NCBI GenBank assembly: GCA_951406725.2
Contig: OX597816.1
Location: forward strand, 147,622,001 to 147,686,000
Origin: Octopus vulgaris
Lineage: Eukaryota
DNA: 64,000 nucleotides
Direction: 5' to 3'
Shown here: positions 58,437 through 64,000 of the stretch, piece after piece
How the letters are laid out: every line of letters starts with the position of its first letter
Position numbering within the stretch: the first letter of the stretch is position 1
Notes under the pieces: generated by a model
Database searches by the model: none
Told to the model about the DNA's origin: nothing
What the model saw: only the letters and a program-made list of their open reading frames with translations
Made by a program: the position numbers and the translations under genes

Positions 58437-58911
58437 TGAGTGAGAGAGCAGTTCATGCCATCAAAGTGACACTGGGGTAAACTATACGAAGCCCAATATA
58501 CCCATCATGACTACCCGTCTGATAAAGGTACACCAGGCACATGCATCACAACCATATGTGCGCGACATGGTGATCTCATATCAAGATAAACAGCACATGA
58601 CCTTGCAGGTGGGGCCCAGTTAGAATTTTCTTCAGGTTGAGTAGCCCATCCCGCTCAAACGGTCCCTGAATAAGGGTTGTTTAAGGATGTTGAAAGAACC
58701 ACCCATATTTCCAGAGGTGAACTATTCAAACCCCAAAGAATCCCTCTCAACACATGGCTATGATGCTCCCCACTACTTCTGCTCGTGATCAGAGATGCAC
58801 ATATCGTCAGCCACTAAGGGACATGCTCAACTGGTTAAGGTCAAACAACTGACAAGCAAATCTGTGGTATTGAGCAGAATATTTGCTGTAGCCCATCTTT
58901 TATACCAAGAC
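58437..58911 (-). mobile_element. Non-coding ~475-bp retroelement inserted in (TAA)n
   Basis: (ATT)n on both sides; truncated second copy at 23012-23200; no A/B boxes or ORF recognised. Confidence 0.75.
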
Positions 58912-58920
58912 ATTATTATT

Positions 58921-58988
<68 letters not shown>

Positions 58989-59023
58989 CATCTATATATA
59001 TATACGTATATATATATATGTGA

Positions 59024-59064
<41 letters not shown>

Positions 59065-59636
59065 AGTGTGTGTGTATATATATATATATATATAATTGTG
59101 TATATATTTAAATCTATTTAATGATTACCATTCTATTCTACACACGTACATCCATACTGTAGAGATATTCTGGGATGAGACACTTTTCATAATAGTAATA
59201 GAAATTCTTTGATTGATTTCAATCGAATTTAACTGCAGAGATTTGTGCAAAGGCAATAAATAGAAATGGTTTTATTACTTATTGTTAACGCGTCTAGTAA
59301 TGAAACGAATAAAACCATGTGAATTCGTGTATTGCAAACACACGTAAAACGTTCAATTGGTTAATCAAATATAGGAATGTTTGTTCTTGTGTCAGTCTTT
59401 CAAGCAATGCACAATATTTTTACATGTGTATGAAAGCACACGCGTGAAGACTAGGAAACATTTGTTTAAACGCGCTGCACACATACACACACGCGCACAC
59501 ACGCACCACACACATAGACTTTCTTTATGAGTATCAAGACAAGACATATATCTGTCATGTCTTCTCTTTCTCCCCCCTCTCTCTCTATACCACTCACACA
59601 CACAAAGACACATATATTTATATGTATGTTTGTATG

Positions 59637-59718
<82 letters not shown>

Positions 59719-60361
59719 GACATCACATATACATAAAGAGGCTGCCACCACTGAAAACTAATCTCAACATATTAATCATTGCTGTAAATAATATCCTATC
59801 GGCTGTAACCCCTTAAAGTACAGACAAAGAGATTTCAACATCGCGTACATTAATGCAAACGTTAAGCTCCGAAATATTCCTTAACGATGTATAATCTCGC
59901 AAATCAATATAAATTTAGTATTTAACTATTACATAAATTTTGATCATATCTTTACCCCGTTTTTCGATATATGCTTATCAACAAGACACATCTTGTCCCA
60001 CATTTGAGTTTACATAAAACATACTAACGAATGCACAGATATGCACGTTCATACTAAACATCATTAGTTAAATCATTTTTTCGACGATCTTCACATAATG
60101 ACGCCTTAATAATAAAATCTTAAACGATAAACAGACGTTACTTCATAACGTTTACTGTAATAGTACACTAGGCCAAATAACAATATTAGGGCAAATAAAT
60201 ACAAACATAGCTCTCATACGACACATAATGTTTTCTAAAATGGATGAATACTGCCATAAAATCCCAATGAATGAGAACACATGCTATATCACTTCTAACC
60301 ACAAATACATAGAATATATTATAACAACAGAACAAAAAACAGCACTTTACTAACATACAGC

Positions 60362-60510
60362 TTTGGTATGCAGTAAGAAGTTTGCTTCCCAATCACGTGG
60401 TTCCCAGTCCAGTCCCACTGCCTGATGACTTCTACAAGTATCTTTTACCGTGGCCTTGGGCCAACCAATGCCTTGTGAGTGGATTCGGCAGAGGAAAACT
60501 GAAAGAGAAC
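60362..60510 (+). mobile_element. SINE 5' half; its 3' half appears to resume at ~61070-61280 after nested insertions
   Basis: GTAAGAAGTTTGCTTCCCAA..CCTTGTGAGTGGATT..AACTGAAAGA shared with 9900-10043. Confidence 0.7.
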
Positions 60511-60564
60511 TATAATATATAGTCCTTAAATCTCGCGGTGTAGGAAGTTTAAATTTTTTCTTTG

Positions 60565-60631
60565 TATAGAGTCCGACGAGCTGTCCACAAGGCTTTGGCT
60601 TTGTGGATACGAAACCCTTGGTAGCTCTATG
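60565..60631 (+). ncRNA. Type-I hammerhead, CCGACGA (U4C) core variant
   Basis: TATAGAGT-CCGACGA-GCTGTCCACAAGGC-TTTG-GCTTTGTGGATAC-GAAACC-CTT-GGTA-GCTCTATG; all three stems pair. Confidence 0.78.
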
Positions 60632-60723
60632 TCCAAAATTTAAATTTTTTGTTGTAATAATTACTGTTCTATTTTTAGAGCGTGTTTCTTTTCTAGTATA
60701 TGTTTTATTGACTATATATATAA

Positions 60724-60974
60724 CAAATGCACCCTTTTAAAGCCTAACCAAGATTATGCGCTCGGTTTCCCGGTTTCTATGGCATATGTGTCCCCCAGGT
60801 GGACGGGACGCCAGTCCATCGCAGCGTTACTCATTTTTGCAAGCTGAGTGGGAGTGGAGCAACGTAACATGAAGTGTTTTGCTCAAGAACACAACGCGTC
60901 GCCCGGTCCAGGAATCGAAACCACAATCTTACGATCATGGTGCTGACACCCTAACCACTAAGCCACGCGCCTCC
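60724..60974 (-). mobile_element. tRNA-derived SINE with V-domain-like core
   Basis: A-box TGGCTTAGTGG, B-box-like GTTTCGATTCC, core GCGATGGACTGGCGTCCCGTCCA. Confidence 0.8.
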
Positions 60975-60976
60975 AC

Positions 60977-61056
<80 letters not shown>

Positions 61057-61058
61057 CA

Positions 61059-62360
61059 CACAAACACACATATATATGTATGTATATCTATATGTGTGTA
61101 TTTGTGTCTTTGTTTGTCGCCCTCCCCCACCACCACCACTTGACAACTGGTGTCGGTATGTTTACCTTACCGTAATTTAGCTGTCAATTCATTCGACTAA
61201 CATTCCTTCAAGGTGGTTCGCTAGCATGGCGCAGTCTAATGACTGAAACGAGCAAAAGATAAAAGATAAAAAGATGAAAATATATACATACATATCTACA
61301 CTAATTTTATCTATCTAACTGCCTATATATCCATCTATCTATCTAACTCTCTATCAATGTGTATGCGTGTTTGTGCGCCCACGCATGACTATCTATGTTC
61401 TGCGGTCTTCGGATGTACATGTGTATGAGAGTATTTGCAATCAGTATAGAAGGCGGCTAAACACTTGGTGAGCAAGAATTATGATTTATAAGAATCTCAT
61501 ATATTTTCTCTCATTTCAGGTCGCAGGTGTGATTTATATCCGATTACAATTGAAAACGATTCCCTACTTCTGAGAATTTCATGATGCGCTTTTGAATGAA
61601 GCCTAAACTGTGCTCTTATTTCATATACAAACCTAAATGAACATATACGAACCTGCATATAGACGCGCACGTGCACACACACACACGCACACAAACACAA
61701 ACTCACAAACACACATATATATGTATGTATATCTATATGTGTGTATTTGTGTCTTTGTTTGTCGCCCTCCCCCACCACCACCACTTGACAACTGGTGTCG
61801 GTATGTTTACCTTACCGTAATTTAGCTGTCAATTCATTCGACTAACATTCCTTCAAGGTGGTTCGCTAGCATGGCGCAGTCTAATGACTGAAACGAGCAA
61901 AAGATAAAAGATAAAAAGATGAAAATATATACATACATATCTACACTAATTTTATCTATCTAACTGCCTATATATCCATCTATCTATCTAACTCTCTATC
62001 AATGTGTATGCGTGTTTGTGCGCCCACGCATGACTATCTATGTTCTGCGGTCTTCGGATGTACATGTGTATGAGAGTATTTGCAATCAGTATAGAAGGCG
62101 GCTAAACACTTGGCGAGCAAGAATTATGATTTATAAGAATCTCATATATTTCCTCTCATTTCAGGTCGCAGGTGTGATTTATATCCGATTACAATTGAAA
62201 ACGATTCCCTACTTCTGAGAATTTCATGATGCGCTTTTGAATGAAGCCTAAACTGTGCTCTTATTTCAAATACAAACCTAAAGGGACATATACGAACCTG
62301 CATATAGACGCGCACGTGCACACACACACACGCACACAAACACAAACTCACAAACACACA
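61059..62360 (+). repeat. Tandem duplication, two copies, 645-bp period
   Basis: Landmarks recur at +645 (61141/61786, 61631/62276); few substitutions. Confidence 0.95.
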
Positions 62361-62446
62361 CACATATATATGCATACACGCATATATACGCACTCCTATA
62401 TATATATTTCAATACACATACGTATATACATACAGACATACATATA

Positions 62447-62482
<36 letters not shown>

Positions 62483-62504
62483 TGTATGTATGTATGTATG
62501 TATG

Positions 62505-62564
<60 letters not shown>

Positions 62565-62768
62565 TGAAATTTTTACAAATATATTTACCAAAATTACATT
62601 AAAATATCTTGAAATACTAAACAGTAAATTTATTCAAGACAAAATCGCCATTGGCTTCAACCACGACCTCCAGATGACATGGGAATATCCTGCAACTCTT
62701 CTGGACGGTCTCCTTGTTTAATTTGGTGAATGCAGATAACTCATGTTTTTTTCAGGTTTCGTTTCTTC

Positions 62769-62800
<32 letters not shown>

Positions 62801-62887
62801 ATATATTCCTTATTATTTCTTTATTCCTTATCATATTATGAGGTTAGGTAAACTTTTAGTTTTCAGTTTTTAGATTGTTTTAGGAAC

Positions 62888-63008
62888 TTGACCTGAGGAG
62901 TGACTTCTTTTCGGAGTAAAATCATTTTTCCGTTCTAATGAACTTGGGAATTTTTTCTTTATATGATTTTATACAGTCCTAATTCAGCCATGAAACGTGC
63001 GTAGTCGA
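62888..63008 (+). ncRNA. Hammerhead with ~90-nt extended stem II region
   Basis: TTGAC-CTGAGGA-GTGACT...AGCCAT-GAAAC-GTGC-GTA-GTCGA. Confidence 0.6.
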
Positions 63009-63463
63009 TGTATAAGTACTTATTTTTATTCATTATATTATTGTTTTAATTTTTATTGTTCAATTAATATTTTATTTGATTTTAGATTAATATTTTTATG
63101 TGGAATGTTTCTTTGTATGGTATTCGCTGTGATTTTAAAGGTATTTGCTCTTATATATTATATGAATGTAATAACCTTACTGTTCAATATATATTATTAA
63201 AATTTTAGATTAGTATTGTGTATGGTATATGTCTCACAGAATGGTTTTGGACGGGTTTATTCATTGACTGAGTTGTGGAATGGTGGTTCGTCTCTAAATT
63301 AGTTATATACATATATATTATATAATTCGAAATTCGGTCTAATATCATTATACTGAATTTTACCTGTAAGGTTGGAGTAATAATTTATTCCCTTGTGACC
63401 GCGTGTGTATCGTTGGCCATTTTTTCGTCCGTCTTCCCTTCCTTGGATCTTTCCTTTTCCTAT

Positions 63464-63498
63464 GTTTCTGACGAAGAGCTTCGCTCGAAACGTTAAAT
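63464..63498 (+). ncRNA. Minimal hammerhead with intact core in a PLE-type 3' fragment (~63385-63602)
   Basis: TTT-CTGACGA-A-GAGC-TTC-GCTC-GAAAC-GTT-AAA; palindromic AACGTT stem III. Confidence 0.75.
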
Positions 63499-63641
63499 TC
63501 TCCTTCTTTCTTTCCTTTCCTGAGCGTCCAATAACACTATACTTGTTCCACGTCCTCACGTTGTTGTGTTTTCTCTTTGCATTTTCAGGTTTGGATTAAC
63601 TGTATATATATATATAGATAGATATAGACAGACAGACAGAC

Positions 63642-63733
<92 letters not shown>

Positions 63734-64000
63734 TGTATGCATACATGTAGAGTCAACAAATGAGATTCAGAGATGCACAATATAGAAAGCAATTATTAGT
63801 TCTCAAATTATTTGAACTTAGGCTACGAAGATGTTATGCATCGATATCTTAAGCTTCAAAAAATCCTTGCTCCAACTTTATGCTATCTAGTATCAGTAAT
63901 ATCTGATTACTATCGTTTTACAGGTAGCTACTAGAGATTTTATTTCTTCTGAATATATTTATTTAGAACCTACTTATACTTTCCGAAAAGAAAAAAAAGG

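Overview
AT-rich, microsatellite-dense eukaryotic (animal) DNA made almost entirely of nested transposable elements. The SINE and repeat landscape looks cephalopod (probably Octopus; an inference). No host-gene exon, rRNA, true tRNA gene or CRISPR array can be supported, and most listed ORFs are microsatellite translations. Recognisable content: a near-complete Ty3/gypsy LTR element (30482-35388), many R4/Dong-like REL-LINE pieces in (TAA)n tracts, RTE, HERO and Tx1 remnants, Penelope-like elements (PLEs) with at least seven hammerhead ribozyme (HHR) motifs, a Helitron, a MULE, Tc1 elements and tRNA-derived SINEs. Most notable: (1) a head-to-tail chain of three diverged ORF1-only Tx1-like elements joined by one conserved 23/24-nt junction, with a shared C-terminal domain and a covarying 3' stem-loop (43170-46635); (2) a PLE terminal repeat coupling a tRNA-like Pol III promoter to a hammerhead; (3) two unrelated hammerheads sharing a CCGACGA core variant; (4) a gypsy insertion with a ~214-bp flank duplication instead of a short TSD; (5) a ~1.9-kb old palindrome. 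All alignments and folds were done by eye; boundaries of degenerate elements are approximate.
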